From Alphaproteobacteria bacterium (lineage in GTDB: Bacteria; Pseudomonadota; Alphaproteobacteria; Bin95): DNA of 64,000 nt. The position numbers and the translations under genes are program-made. Below the pieces are notes generated by a model. It saw only the letters and a program-made list of their open reading frames with translations, was not told where the DNA came from and searched no databases. The DNA is taken from NCBI GenBank assembly GCA_963665325.3, contig OZ224045.1, forward strand, positions 2,336,001 to 2,400,000. Direction: 5' to 3'. Each line of letters begins with the position of its first letter. Positions within the stretch are counted from its first letter, which is position 1. Positions 18,535 through 29,984 of the stretch are shown one piece after another.

Positions 18535-19664
18535 GGCGGGCGGGCCCCCTTCTTGCCGCCTTGCTGGTTTGCGCCTGCGGCTGGGTGGAGGTCGGCGATC
18601 CCGGGAAGACGAGCCGTTCACCCCAGGCCCCGGAACCCCGAAAGGCCGTTTCGGAGGACACCCGGATCCTGGTGCGGAAGGGAGACAGCGTCTATCTCAT
18701 TTCCCGGCGCCACGGCATTGCGATGCGCGACATCATCGAGCGCAACGGGCTTACCGCGCCTTACCATCTTCGGGAGGGGCAAATGCTGATTTTGCCGGCT
18801 TCCCGCAAACATGTCGTGGTGTCGGGCGATTCGCTATGGTCAATCTCGCACCGATACCACGTGCCGATGGCAGCACTGGTGCGCGCCAACGGGTTGAAGA
18901 GGCCGTTTACCATCTACCCCGGCACGACGCTTCGCATCCCCAGACCGACGGAACCGGCGCCGGCAGACGCCCCCGAGACAACGGTAGCAGCGACGTCCGG
19001 CCCGGCGAAGCCTCCGAAAAAGCCGTCCCGACCCTCGCTTGCCCGGGGGACGCCGCCCGTCCCCAGCCTGTCGCCGGCCGCTCTGGCCAAAGCGCCGCCG
19101 CCCAGCGGTTCCGGCACTGTCAAGTCCGACGCCGGCGTGCCCAAGCCGCGGCAGCCCCCAGCGTCAACTTCGGCTTCGGTGCCCGCGTCCCGTCCGTCGG
19201 CGGCAGAGAAACCTGCCCCGCGAACCGTGGCCGAGCCGCCGTCGGCGCCGGTCCGGACGGCCTTGAAGCCGTTGCCGCCCCGCGCCGGACGGTTCTTGCG
19301 CCCCGTAACGGGACCTGTCGTTGCCCGTTTCGGGCCGCAGCCGGACGGCCTGCACAATGACGGGATCAACATAGCGGCGCCGCGCGGCGCCGCCGTGCAT
19401 TCGGTTGAGGCAGGAAGGGTCGCCTATTCCGGCAATGAGCTTCCCGGTTACGGCAACCTGCTGCTCGTCAGGCATCGGGGAGGCTGGGTCTCCGCCTACG
19501 CCCACAACGATCGGCTGCTGGTCGGGCGGGGCGACGAGGTCCAGCGTGGCCAGAGAATCGCGCTCGTGGGCAGCAGCGGCAGGGTGACGACCCCGCAGCT
19601 CCATTTCGAACTGAGGCGCCAGGGACGGGCCGTCGATCCATCCCCGCATCTCGACGGCGGCTAG
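18531..19664 (+). CDS. nlpD: NlpD-like LysM/M23 lipoprotein
   Basis: Lipobox-like Cys, two LysM domains, Pro-rich linker, NDGINI...YAHN...PQLHFELR; follows pcm. Confidence 0.85.
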   Translation: MRRAGPLLAALLVCACGWVEVGDPGKTSRSPQAPEPRKAVSEDTRILVRKGDSVYLISRRHGIAMRDIIERNGLTAPYHLREGQMLILPASRKHVVVSGDSLWSISHRYHVPMAALVRANGLKRPFTIYPGTTLRIPRPTEPAPADAPETTVAATSGPAKPPKKPSRPSLARGTPPVPSLSPAALAKAPPPSGSGTVKSDAGVPKPRQPPASTSASVPASRPSAAEKPAPRTVAEPPSAPVRTALKPLPPRAGRFLRPVTGPVVARFGPQPDGLHNDGINIAAPRGAAVHSVEAGRVAYSGNELPGYGNLLLVRHRGGWVSAYAHNDRLLVGRGDEVQRGQRIALVGSSGRVTTPQLHFELRRQGRAVDPSPHLDGG

Positions 19665-19677
19665 GGCCGCGCGGGCT

Positions 19678-20826
19678 TCAATTCCCGACAAGGAAGTCGC
19701 GAATGGCGAGCGCTTCCTCGAGCCCGGACAATTCGCGGTCGGCGTCCAGAGGCAGGGCCCGAGAAGACAGGCGCACCACGACCACTTCGGCGCGACGGTC
19801 CACATAGAGGTTCTGTCCATGGATGCCGATGCCGAAGATCAGGGGATTTTCGCCGCGCAACACGTAACACTGCGAACGGTAGTGCATCGCCCGTCCGGGA
19901 AAGAATGGGGCGAAGTCGCCCGCATCCCAGGCCTCCGGGTCTCCGGCCCGTTCGATATCGTCGATCCAGCACTGCGGCAGCACCTGCCGACCGTTCCGGG
20001 AGCCGTTTTCGACGATCAATTGCCCGATGCGGGCAAGGTCGCGGGCCGCAACGCACATTCCGCCCGCGGCCCTGGGCGCGCCCAGCCGGTCCACGGTGAT
20101 GTAAGCCGGGCGTTCGGTCCCGGCGGGCGCCCATAACAGGCGGCCCATCAGGTCCGCATAGCGCTCGCCGGCCGCCCGCTCGATGACCCAGGCCAGAAGG
20201 TCGGAATTTGTGGAGACATAGTGGAAGCGCTGACCGTGCCGACCGTCCGCCTCGGTCAATCGGGCATAAAAGGAGCGCAGGTCAGACGGCGGCTCGGCCG
20301 GGTCCACCGGATTCCAGCCGGTGGCCTGACGGTAGGCGACAATTGGCCCGCTCGTGGCGAGATAGTCTTCGTCGAACAGGATGCCCACGCGCATGTCAAG
20401 CAGGTGCCGCACCGTTGCGCCGCGATAAACCGTTTCCGCTACCTCGGGCACATAGTCCGCGACGGGCGCTTCGACATCGAGACGCCCTGTCTCCGCCAAG
20501 ATGCCAGCCAGCAGGCCCAGCACGGATTTTGAGACAGACATCAGGATATGCGGTGTCGTGGCAATTATGCCCTCGCCATAGCGCTCCGCCACGACCCTGC
20601 CACGGTGCAGGACTAGCAAGGCATCGCAGTCTTCAGCCATCCCGTCGAAGCCGGGTACCGGCACCGGAGCTTCGGGCAGGGGACGCACGGCGGCGGGATC
20701 GTGGGGAATTTCCGCCGAGGGAATCAGTTCCCGCACATGCCGGAAGGCCCAGCGACTGAAGGGAGCTGTCCGCCAGTTCGCGAGAGTAACCTGTTCATCG
20801 GCCGGGGGCGGGAAACGGTCGATCAT
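19678..20826 (-). CDS. Serine hydrolase, beta-lactamase fold (NylB/6-aminohexanoate-dimer hydrolase-like)
   Basis: HILMSVSKS (SxxK), FHYVSTNSD, GIHGQ. Start at ATG 20826 with GAGGAG RBS. Confidence 0.88.
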   Translation of the reverse strand: MIDRFPPPADEQVTLANWRTAPFSRWAFRHVRELIPSAEIPHDPAAVRPLPEAPVPVPGFDGMAEDCDALLVLHRGRVVAERYGEGIIATTPHILMSVSKSVLGLLAGILAETGRLDVEAPVADYVPEVAETVYRGATVRHLLDMRVGILFDEDYLATSGPIVAYRQATGWNPVDPAEPPSDLRSFYARLTEADGRHGQRFHYVSTNSDLLAWVIERAAGERYADLMGRLLWAPAGTERPAYITVDRLGAPRAAGGMCVAARDLARIGQLIVENGSRNGRQVLPQCWIDDIERAGDPEAWDAGDFAPFFPGRAMHYRSQCYVLRGENPLIFGIGIHGQNLYVDRRAEVVVVRLSSRALPLDADRELSGLEEALAIRDFLVGN

Positions 20827-20854
20827 ATTTTCTCTCCTCTGTCGGCGGCTGCCA

Positions 20855-22171
20855 TCAAACGGGGAGGCGCACGCGCACGCCGAGGCCGCCCTCGGGCGAA
20901 TCGCCCAGATATATGTCGCCACCGTGGCTCTGAACCACATCGCGCGCGATGGAAAGGCCGAGCCCGATACCGCCGGTTTTTCCCCCATGCGAGCGGTCCC
21001 GGCGGTAGAAGGGACGAAACACCTTTTCCCGGTCGGCCGCCGGCACGCCCGGTCCGTCGTCGTCGATTCCGATCTCAAACCATTCGCCCTGTTGCCGGCA
21101 GACGATCCAGACTTGGCCGGCATAACGCATTGCATTGTCGATCAGATTGACGAGGCAGCGCCTGATGGCCGTCGCCTGCACCGGAATTCTTGGCGCGCTT
21201 ACGATGCGAAGGTCGATGGATGCGCCGGCCCGGCGCGCGCCGGTCACGACGTCCTCGACCAATTCGCCGAGATCGGTTTCCACGGCTGCTTCGCCGCCTT
21301 CGCCGCGGGCGAACGCCAGATAGGCTTCCAGCATCGCTTCCATTTCGGCGATGTCGGCATGCAACTCGCGGGCGTCGTCGTTCTCCGGCAGCAGGGCCAG
21401 CGCCACTTTCATGCGCGAGAGGGGGGTGCGGAGGTCGTGGGAGACGCCGGCCAGCATCTCTGTGCGCTGTGTGATCTGGCGCCGGATACGCTCCCGCATC
21501 CGCCGGAACGCGACGGTCGCGCGTCGGACTTCCGTTGCTCCCGCCAGTTTCGGGTCCTTGGCCTCCCGACCCTTGCCATAGGCGTCAGCCGCCTCCGCAA
21601 GACGCCTGATGGGCCGGATCTGGTTTCGCATGAACAGCCCGGCGACGGCGAACAGAATCATCGAGGTTCCCACCATCCAGAGCGCCCAGAAGGTGGTGGT
21701 CGAACTGAACAGCCGCCTGCGCGGCGTCACGACATTCAGCACGCTGTCCTTGAGCTGCACCCTGATAAGGATTTCGTCCTCATAGGCCGCCGTGTCGAAC
21801 TGGAAGGGGCGCCTTACGCGATGGGTCAGCTCGCGGGCGAGTAGCCGGTCCAGGCCGGCCGTCGGCTCGGGCTGCGGGCGGTTCGGAAGAATGGCGCCCG
21901 GCGCGATGGTTGCGCGAAGGTCCGTGCGCTCGGCAAGCAGTTTCAGAAGCGCGCCCTGCGCGTCGTCGCCTGGGAACTGGTCCATCGCGTCGATGATCAG
22001 ACCTATCTCGCCCGCCACTCCCGCCGCCAGGCGCTTCATGATGATGTGCCAGTGCCGCTCGTAGAAGATCCATGTCGAGACGATCTGCAACAAGATCAGC
22101 GGCATCACGATGATGAGCAGGGAGCGCGCAAACAGGGTGCGCGGCAGGAAACGGTCCAGACGGCCTGCCAT
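20855..22171 (-). CDS. EnvZ-like sensor histidine kinase
   Basis: Two TM segments, HAMP, SHDLRTPL, NLIDNA, DDGPG, GLGL. Confidence 0.92.
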   Translation of the reverse strand: MAGRLDRFLPRTLFARSLLIIVMPLILLQIVSTWIFYERHWHIIMKRLAAGVAGEIGLIIDAMDQFPGDDAQGALLKLLAERTDLRATIAPGAILPNRPQPEPTAGLDRLLARELTHRVRRPFQFDTAAYEDEILIRVQLKDSVLNVVTPRRRLFSSTTTFWALWMVGTSMILFAVAGLFMRNQIRPIRRLAEAADAYGKGREAKDPKLAGATEVRRATVAFRRMRERIRRQITQRTEMLAGVSHDLRTPLSRMKVALALLPENDDARELHADIAEMEAMLEAYLAFARGEGGEAAVETDLGELVEDVVTGARRAGASIDLRIVSAPRIPVQATAIRRCLVNLIDNAMRYAGQVWIVCRQQGEWFEIGIDDDGPGVPAADREKVFRPFYRRDRSHGGKTGGIGLGLSIARDVVQSHGGDIYLGDSPEGGLGVRVRLPV

Positions 22172-22872
22172 CAGTCGGGTCGGAGCGCGTAACCGCGCCC
22201 CCAGACCGTGACGAGGTAACGGGGATGCTTCGGATCGGGCTCCAGCTTCCGGCGCAACCGCGCGACCTGTACGTCCACGGCCCGTCCGGAACCGACGCTC
22301 ATGACCGCCAGCTCCTCGCGCGACACGGTATTGCCGCCCCTGAGGGAAAGGGCGCTCAGCAGCAGCGCCTCTGCCGGGGCGAGCGGGCGAACGGTCCCAT
22401 CCTCATGTTCCAGCGTGTCGCGTCCGGCGCTCCAGGCCAGCGGACCGAAGCGAAGCGTCTCGCGGCGTGCGCTCCCGCGGCGGCGCAGGATCGTGCGGAT
22501 GCGCAGCACCAGTTCGCGCGGCTCGAAGGGCTTGACCATATAGTCTTCCGCGCCCGCCTCCAGGCCGCGCACGCGGTCCTCGGGCTCGACCATTGCCGTC
22601 AGCAGCAATATCGGCGTCGAATTCCCCGCTTCCGTCAGCGCTGCACTGAGTTCCAGGCCGGACTCTCCCGGCAGCATGATGTCCAGCACGACCAGGTCGA
22701 ACGCAACGCCCGCCATCGCGCGCCGGGCCGCCTCTGTTTCTTCCATTGCCGTGACGCGAAAGCCGGAGGTCGAGAGATAGCGCTTCAGAAGCGCGCGCAA
22801 CCGTTCGTCGTCATCCACCAGGAGGATGTGAGGCAGGTCTTGCGAATGGGAAGGCGAAATCGCTTCACGCAT
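22171..22872 (-). CDS. OmpR family response regulator
   Basis: ILLVDDD, LDIMLPG, KPF, VDVQVARLRRK...TVWGRGY. Confidence 0.92.
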   Translation of the reverse strand: MREAISPSHSQDLPHILLVDDDERLRALLKRYLSTSGFRVTAMEETEAARRAMAGVAFDLVVLDIMLPGESGLELSAALTEAGNSTPILLLTAMVEPEDRVRGLEAGAEDYMVKPFEPRELVLRIRTILRRRGSARRETLRFGPLAWSAGRDTLEHEDGTVRPLAPAEALLLSALSLRGGNTVSREELAVMSVGSGRAVDVQVARLRRKLEPDPKHPRYLVTVWGRGYALRPD

Positions 22873-22948
22873 GTGTAGAAATCCGCCATAAGCTGCAACG
22901 CTGCGTTCCGGTATCATATCGTGCCCGAAGAATGAGGAGAAATGCGCG

Positions 22949-23830
22949 ATGGCGGTGGACCTGCTCCCCTATGACGACCGCGACGGCTACATCTGGCTGG
23001 ACGGCGCGCTGGTACCGTGGCGCGACGCCAGGTTGCATGTCCTGAGCCACGCCCTGCACTACGCCAGCGCGGTCTTCGAGGGCGAACGCGTCTATGACGG
23101 GCACATCTTCCGTTCGCGCGCCCACACTGAACGCCTTCACAACTCCGCCCGGCTCATGGGATTCGAGATACCATACTCGGTCGATGCGCTGGAAAGCGCC
23201 AAACGCGAAGTGCTGCAGGCGAACGACCTCAAGGACGCCTATGTTCGCCCGGTGGCATGGCGCGGCGCGGAGATGATGGGTGTGTCGGCGCAGGATGCCA
23301 CGATCCATGTCGCGATCGCGGCCTGGTTCTGGGGCGCTTATTTCGGCGATGGCACGGAGATGTCCGGTATCCGCATGAAAACCGGCCGCTATCGCCGGCC
23401 CGGCCCTGAATGCGGACCGGTGCAGGCCAAGGCGACCGGCCACTACCTGATCTGCACGCTCAACAAGCATGAGGTCGAGGCCGCGGGCTACCACGATGCC
23501 CTGTTCCTCGACACCCATGGCTTCGTCGCAGAGGGCTCCGGCGCCAATATCTTCCTCGTTCAGGAAGGCAAGCTGCATACGCCGACGCCGGACAGCTTCC
23601 TCAATGGCCTCACCCGCCAGGCGGTGATCGGCCTGGCCGAGAAGCGACAGATCCCGGTGATCGAGCGGTCGATCCTGCCGGAAGAGTTCTCCAGGACATC
23701 CGAAGTGTTCGTGACCGGCACCGCCGCCGAGGTGACGCCGGTCGCCGAGATCGACGACTACCGCTTCACGCCGGGCAACATTACCCGCACGCTGATGGAC
23801 GATTTCCGCGCCATCACATCGACCGGATAA
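22949..23830 (+). CDS. ilvE: Branched-chain amino acid aminotransferase
   Basis: HALHYASAVFEG, AKATGHY, EGSGANIF, LNGLTR, TGTAAEVTP. Confidence 0.92.
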   Translation: MAVDLLPYDDRDGYIWLDGALVPWRDARLHVLSHALHYASAVFEGERVYDGHIFRSRAHTERLHNSARLMGFEIPYSVDALESAKREVLQANDLKDAYVRPVAWRGAEMMGVSAQDATIHVAIAAWFWGAYFGDGTEMSGIRMKTGRYRRPGPECGPVQAKATGHYLICTLNKHEVEAAGYHDALFLDTHGFVAEGSGANIFLVQEGKLHTPTPDSFLNGLTRQAVIGLAEKRQIPVIERSILPEEFSRTSEVFVTGTAAEVTPVAEIDDYRFTPGNITRTLMDDFRAITSTG

Positions 23831-23853
23831 CGCAAGCAAGAGGACTCTCAATC

Positions 23854-25056
<1,203 letters not shown>

Positions 25057-25177
25057 CCTTACGGGCAGCCGCGTATCCGCGCTTGCGTGACGCCAGAGCC
25101 TTTGGGACAGGCGGCGGCCCCCGCGGCCGTCCGGGGCGCGCGGGCCCTGCCGTCCCGTTGGCGCCCGGGGGGAGGCC

Positions 25178-26503
25178 ATGACCGCAACCCGCCAGCTCCG
25201 GTTAGGGGCGTTCATGCGCCCGGTGAGCATCCATACGGCATGGTGGCGTTATCCGGGCAGCGTGCCCGACGCCAACTTCAACCTAGGCCATCTGGTCGCG
25301 TTCGCCAGGACGCTCGAACGGGGATGCTTCGATGCGTTCTTCATGGCCGACCACCTTGCGGTGCTCAACATGCCGATGGATGCGCTCAAGCGCAGCGCTA
25401 CTGTCACCTCGTTCGATCCGCTCACGCTCCTGCCGGCGCTGGCGATGGTCACCGAACGCCTCGGCCTCATCGCTACCGCATCGACCACGTTCGAACCGCC
25501 CTATACGGTTGCCCGGCGGTTCGCCTCGCTCGATCACATCAGCAACGGGCGCGCGGGCTGGAACCTCGTCACCACCTCGAATCCGGATGCTGCGCTCAAC
25601 TTCGGCCAGACCGGGCAGATGGCGCACGCCGAGCGTTACCGCCGGGCGCGCGAGTATTTCGATGTAGTGACCGGCCTGTGGGACAGCTGGGCCGACGACG
25701 CTTTCACGCACGATGTCGAGACGGGGCAATTCTTCGATCCCGGCCGGCTCCACACCCTCGACCATCGCGGCGAGTTCTTCTCTGTGCGCGGACCGCTGAA
25801 CATAGCCCGCCCGGTGCAGGGCTGGCCGCTCATCGTACAAGCCGGCGCGTCGGAGGCCGGCCGGCAGCTTGCGGCCGAAACCGCGGAAATGGTGTTTACC
25901 GGACAAGGCACGCTGGCCGACGGTCAACGCTTCTACGCCGATGTGAAGGGGAGGATGGAACGTATCGGACGCGACCCCGATCACATGAAGATCCTGCCCG
26001 GGGTTCTGGTCGTCATCGGGGACAGCGTCGAGGAGGCGCGCGAAAAGCGGGCGCATCTCGACAGCCTGGTCAACGACGACAGCGCGATCGCGAGCCTGTC
26101 CATTGCCCTCGGACACGACGCTTCGACCTTCGATCTGGACGGACCGCTGCCCGAGGTACCCGAAAGTAACGCGAGCAAGAGCGGTCGGGAACGGGCCATT
26201 GCGCTTGCAGAGCGCGAAGGGCTGACCGTCCGCGAGCTCGCGCGCCGTCTCGGGGGCTATTCGGGGCTCGCCATGGTAGGCACTCCGGCCACCATTGCCG
26301 ACGAGATGCAGCACTGGCTCGAGGCCCGAGGGAGCGACGGCTTTAATGTCATGTTCCCCTACCTGCCCGACGGCCTGGACGCCTTTGTCGACCGGGTCGT
26401 GCCCGAGCTGCAGCGCCGGGGACTCTATCGACGAACGTATGAGGGGGCCACGCTGCGCGAGAATCTGGGCGTGCCGCGCCCGCCCAATCGGTTCTTCCGG
26501 TAG
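25178..26503 (+). CDS. NtaA/DszA/SnaA-type flavin-dependent monooxygenase (LLM class)
   Basis: FDAFFMAD, ARRFASLDHISNGRAGWNLVT, QAGAS, VPELQRRG. Confidence 0.9.
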   Translation: MTATRQLRLGAFMRPVSIHTAWWRYPGSVPDANFNLGHLVAFARTLERGCFDAFFMADHLAVLNMPMDALKRSATVTSFDPLTLLPALAMVTERLGLIATASTTFEPPYTVARRFASLDHISNGRAGWNLVTTSNPDAALNFGQTGQMAHAERYRRAREYFDVVTGLWDSWADDAFTHDVETGQFFDPGRLHTLDHRGEFFSVRGPLNIARPVQGWPLIVQAGASEAGRQLAAETAEMVFTGQGTLADGQRFYADVKGRMERIGRDPDHMKILPGVLVVIGDSVEEAREKRAHLDSLVNDDSAIASLSIALGHDASTFDLDGPLPEVPESNASKSGRERAIALAEREGLTVRELARRLGGYSGLAMVGTPATIADEMQHWLEARGSDGFNVMFPYLPDGLDAFVDRVVPELQRRGLYRRTYEGATLRENLGVPRPPNRFFR

Positions 26504-26533
26504 AGTTTCGCCACAACCGCCGGACGCTGCTGC

Positions 26534-27712
26534 ATGATCGTACCGAAAATCCGCCCGGACGAGCCGTCCTGCATCGCCGCGGCGCGAGCGCTCGGCGAGA
26601 CCATCCGGGCGCACGCCGACGCCATCGAGCGCGACCGGCGCCTGCCCGATGCGCTCATGGACCGCCTTCACAGGGCCCGGCTCGCCCGGATGCTCCTGCC
26701 TCGCTCGGTCGGGGGCGACGAGATCGCGCCGAGCGTCTATCTCGACACAGTGATCGAGCTCGCGCGCCATGACGGCTCGGTCGGCTGGAATATCTTCGTG
26801 GCCAACAGCTCCGCGCTCCTCGCCGCGTTTCTTCCGCTCGATGCTGCGCGGGAAATCTATGCTTGTCCCGATGCCCTGATGGCCTGGGGACCGCCCAATC
26901 CGTGCCAGGCCCGCGCTATCGAGGGCGGCTATCGGGTCGACGGCCAGTGGAGCTTCGCCTCGGGCTGCCGTCATGCCACCTGGATGGGCGCGCACTGCCA
27001 GGTGTTGGCATCCGACGGATCGCTGCGCCGCAACAGCGCCGGTCTACCCGTGATTCGCAGCCTGCTGTTCCCCGCCAGGGAGGCGCAACTGCTCGATGAC
27101 TGGAACCCCATCGGACTGCGAGGGACCGGGTCGGAAAGTTACCGTGTCGAGGATGTGTTCGTGCCTGAGCGATTCAGCGCCACGCGCGAGGAACCGGACC
27201 GGCGCCGGGAACCCGGTCCCCTCTACGCCTTTACCCAGCAAAGCCTCTATGCGGTCGGCGTGGCCGGGGTCGCGCTCGGCCTAGCCGATGCCATGCTCGA
27301 TGCGTTCATGGAGCTCGCTCGCGAGAAGACGCCGCGCGGCTTGGTGCGCCATGCCGAGAACCCCGGGGTCCAGGGAGAGGTCTCGCGCAGCCTCGCGCGC
27401 ATCGGATCGGCCCGGGCGTGGCTGGTGGAGATCGTCGATGCCGTTTATGACGGCGCGCGGGACATTGCCTGTATCGACGTGCCCACCCGGGCCCGCGTCA
27501 GGCTCGCCTGCAGCCATGCCATCCAGGGTGCGGTGGAAACGGCCTCGACCCTCTACCGGCTCGCCGGCGTCGATGCCATCTTCCCCGGCAGCGCATTCGA
27601 GCGGCGCTTTCGCGATATCCACACGCTGTCCCAGCAGATCCAGTCGCGCCCGCAGCATTTCGAGGCCACTGGCCACGTTCTTCTCGGCGGCACACCCGAG
27701 GTGTTCTACTAG
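26534..27712 (+). CDS. Acyl-CoA-dehydrogenase-fold flavin monooxygenase (HsaA/IacA-like hydroxylase)
   Basis: WSFASGC, WNPIGLRGTGS, FERRFRDIH. Confidence 0.85.
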   Translation: MIVPKIRPDEPSCIAAARALGETIRAHADAIERDRRLPDALMDRLHRARLARMLLPRSVGGDEIAPSVYLDTVIELARHDGSVGWNIFVANSSALLAAFLPLDAAREIYACPDALMAWGPPNPCQARAIEGGYRVDGQWSFASGCRHATWMGAHCQVLASDGSLRRNSAGLPVIRSLLFPAREAQLLDDWNPIGLRGTGSESYRVEDVFVPERFSATREEPDRRREPGPLYAFTQQSLYAVGVAGVALGLADAMLDAFMELAREKTPRGLVRHAENPGVQGEVSRSLARIGSARAWLVEIVDAVYDGARDIACIDVPTRARVRLACSHAIQGAVETASTLYRLAGVDAIFPGSAFERRFRDIHTLSQQIQSRPQHFEATGHVLLGGTPEVFY

Positions 27713-27762
27713 TTTTCGGTCCCGACAGGCGTTGTCCGGCGCCGGTTCGGCCTCCGGCCGAA

Positions 27763-28515
27763 TCAGCGCCGGAGCCGCTCGGCGGCGGCGCGCAAGCGGC
27801 GTTGCGCGTCGTCGCCGTGCCAGATTTCGACCTGCCGTGCGACGCGGGCCGACATCTGGTCCCTGAGGTCGGCGCAGAACTTTCCGAGCCGCATCCGCTT
27901 CGATTCGGCAAACGCGGCGGGCGCGAGGTCGCACAGGGAGAGCAGCTTCTCCCACGCCATGTCTTCGATATCCTCCTTCAGCCCCGTCTCGTGGACGATG
28001 CCGAGGGCGCGCCCTTCCTCGGCGTGGATGAGCTTGCCGGTATAGATCAGGTCGGAGGCGGCGAAGTCTCCCGCGACGAACCGCAATAGCTGGTCGCCGA
28101 AGTAGGGATTGGGCACGCCCAGCAATATCTCCGGCTTGCCGATGAGGGTGCGTCCGGTCGCGGCATAGCGGTAGTCGCAGGCGAGGAACAGGGCCAGCCC
28201 GGCGCCGACGGCATGGCCCTTTATCGCCCCCACGACCGGCACGGGCGATTCCAGCAGGGCCATGATGAGCCGCCCCAGTTCGAGAAACATCTCCCGCATC
28301 GCGTCGCGCGGCTGCCCTAACCCCCAGTCCAGATCGAAGCCGTTGGAGAAGAACTTTTCGCCACCGCAAAGCATTGCACCGCGCAGGGCGCGGCCGGACT
28401 CCTCGACTGCGTTTGCGAGGTCGTGGATGACCGGAGTCGTCAGGGTGTTGGCGTCGCCGGCGGCGAGTCGAATCCGCACGCAGCCGTCCCGGCGGTCACA
28501 GGAAATGTCGGGCAT
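27763..28515 (-). CDS. Enoyl-CoA hydratase/isomerase family
   Basis: FFSNGFDL, GHAVGAG, PEILLG. Confidence 0.88.
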   Translation of the reverse strand: MPDISCDRRDGCVRIRLAAGDANTLTTPVIHDLANAVEESGRALRGAMLCGGEKFFSNGFDLDWGLGQPRDAMREMFLELGRLIMALLESPVPVVGAIKGHAVGAGLALFLACDYRYAATGRTLIGKPEILLGVPNPYFGDQLLRFVAGDFAASDLIYTGKLIHAEEGRALGIVHETGLKEDIEDMAWEKLLSLCDLAPAAFAESKRMRLGKFCADLRDQMSARVARQVEIWHGDDAQRRLRAAAERLRR

Positions 28516-28539
28516 GGCAGGTCTCCCGCCGGGTCCGCC

Positions 28540-29835
28540 CTAATGCATCCAAGCCGGGACCCCGCCGGGCTTCTGGGCGGCGCGTTCGGCCACCAGCGCC
28601 CGAAGTTCGCGGTCTCGCCCGGCCTGCTTGGCGGCGGCGATCAGGAGCTGCATGAAGACATCGCGCTGGGCGTGGCTGCCGCCCAGGCGGAACAGTTCGT
28701 AGCGGACCGGCTCCAACAGCTCGAAGCAGCGTTCCGGCTCCCCGGCGCCGAAGGCCGCGATGGCTTCGCAGAGCGGTCGTCCGACATCGTCATATACGGC
28801 GTCGGCCGTCGCCTCTCCGCTGCGCCCGGACATGGCGTCGAGATGCTTCCTCACGCTGTCGTGGTCGCCGGCCATGGCGAGTGTCGCCATGTAATGTGCG
28901 TCGAAGAAGGGGAAGATGCCGTCCGCGAAACGCCCGGCAGCGTGCCCGGCCAGTTCCTCCCAGCGCCCGCCAGCATCGACGCCCCGGAAATGCAGCCGGA
29001 GCAGCATCGAGGCCGCATTGGCGATGTCGAGCACATCGTCGCTTGCATTGTCGGCCCTGAAGCGGTTGTCATAGAGGTCGAGCACCGCATCGACCTCGTC
29101 CAGCGCCAGGTGGAACAGCCCCTGGTGCCACCACAGATGGTGGCGGAAATTGTGGACCTTGTTTTCCCAATGGGCCTCGTTTTCGCGGACCCAGGCAATG
29201 CCCTCGGGCGCGCGGTCCTGCATTTCCATGACATGGGTGACGGAGTGGACCGACCACGCATCGGAGGGGTCTATCGTCACCGCCCGGCGGCCGAACTCCT
29301 CGGCCCGCGCATAGTCGCCGACCTCCTCCAGCCCGAAGGCGCGCATGCCCAGCACATAGCCGTAGCCAGGCACGCTCTCGTCCCAGGCCGGCAGCACGCG
29401 CGCGACGCTGTCCCGGTGCTGGGCGAGCGAGCCGTGATAGAAGTGCAGGTAATGCGCGAGGCGAATGGCGAGAATGTCGCGCGGATGGTCCAGAAGGATT
29501 TCCTCGAAACGCCGAACGGCCCCGGCCGTGTCGCCCGCGGCCCAGCGCGAGAGGGCGTCGGCATGGGCGTGTTCGCGCGCCGTAACCGCAAGCCCGCTCG
29601 CCTGCTCGCCGGACTTCGCCGCTCGGGGCCGAAGGGCGCCCACGCCCATCAGCAGGAAGAAATAGCCCCTGAGAGCTTGGGCCATCGGCATTTCGGCGTC
29701 GGCATCGAACGCGGCCTTGAGCAACGGCCCTGCCTCCCGTCCGAAGGCCAGGAAATCGTCCAGCGCCGCATCCAGCGCGGCCGCCGCTTCGTCGCTGGCT
29801 GCGGTCAGTTCCAGACCGCGCTTGTCGTGAGCCAA
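28540..29835 (-). CDS. TTC38-like tetratricopeptide repeat protein
   Basis: AFGLEE, DAWSVHSVTHVMEM, HLWWH, LGGSHAQRD. Confidence 0.88.
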   Translation of the reverse strand: MAHDKRGLELTAASDEAAAALDAALDDFLAFGREAGPLLKAAFDADAEMPMAQALRGYFFLLMGVGALRPRAAKSGEQASGLAVTAREHAHADALSRWAAGDTAGAVRRFEEILLDHPRDILAIRLAHYLHFYHGSLAQHRDSVARVLPAWDESVPGYGYVLGMRAFGLEEVGDYARAEEFGRRAVTIDPSDAWSVHSVTHVMEMQDRAPEGIAWVRENEAHWENKVHNFRHHLWWHQGLFHLALDEVDAVLDLYDNRFRADNASDDVLDIANAASMLLRLHFRGVDAGGRWEELAGHAAGRFADGIFPFFDAHYMATLAMAGDHDSVRKHLDAMSGRSGEATADAVYDDVGRPLCEAIAAFGAGEPERCFELLEPVRYELFRLGGSHAQRDVFMQLLIAAAKQAGRDRELRALVAERAAQKPGGVPAWMH

Positions 29836-29984
29836 AGTCAGCCTCCCGGAAGGTCCTTACTAATCGGCGGTCCGAGGGCAGGCTTGCCGTCGATCCGCCC
29901 AGTTGCAACTGAGCGTAGAACGGATTTGAAGGACGCGCCAAGATGGGTTCGGGCCGCTGCGAGGAAACCGGGGAAGAATACAGG

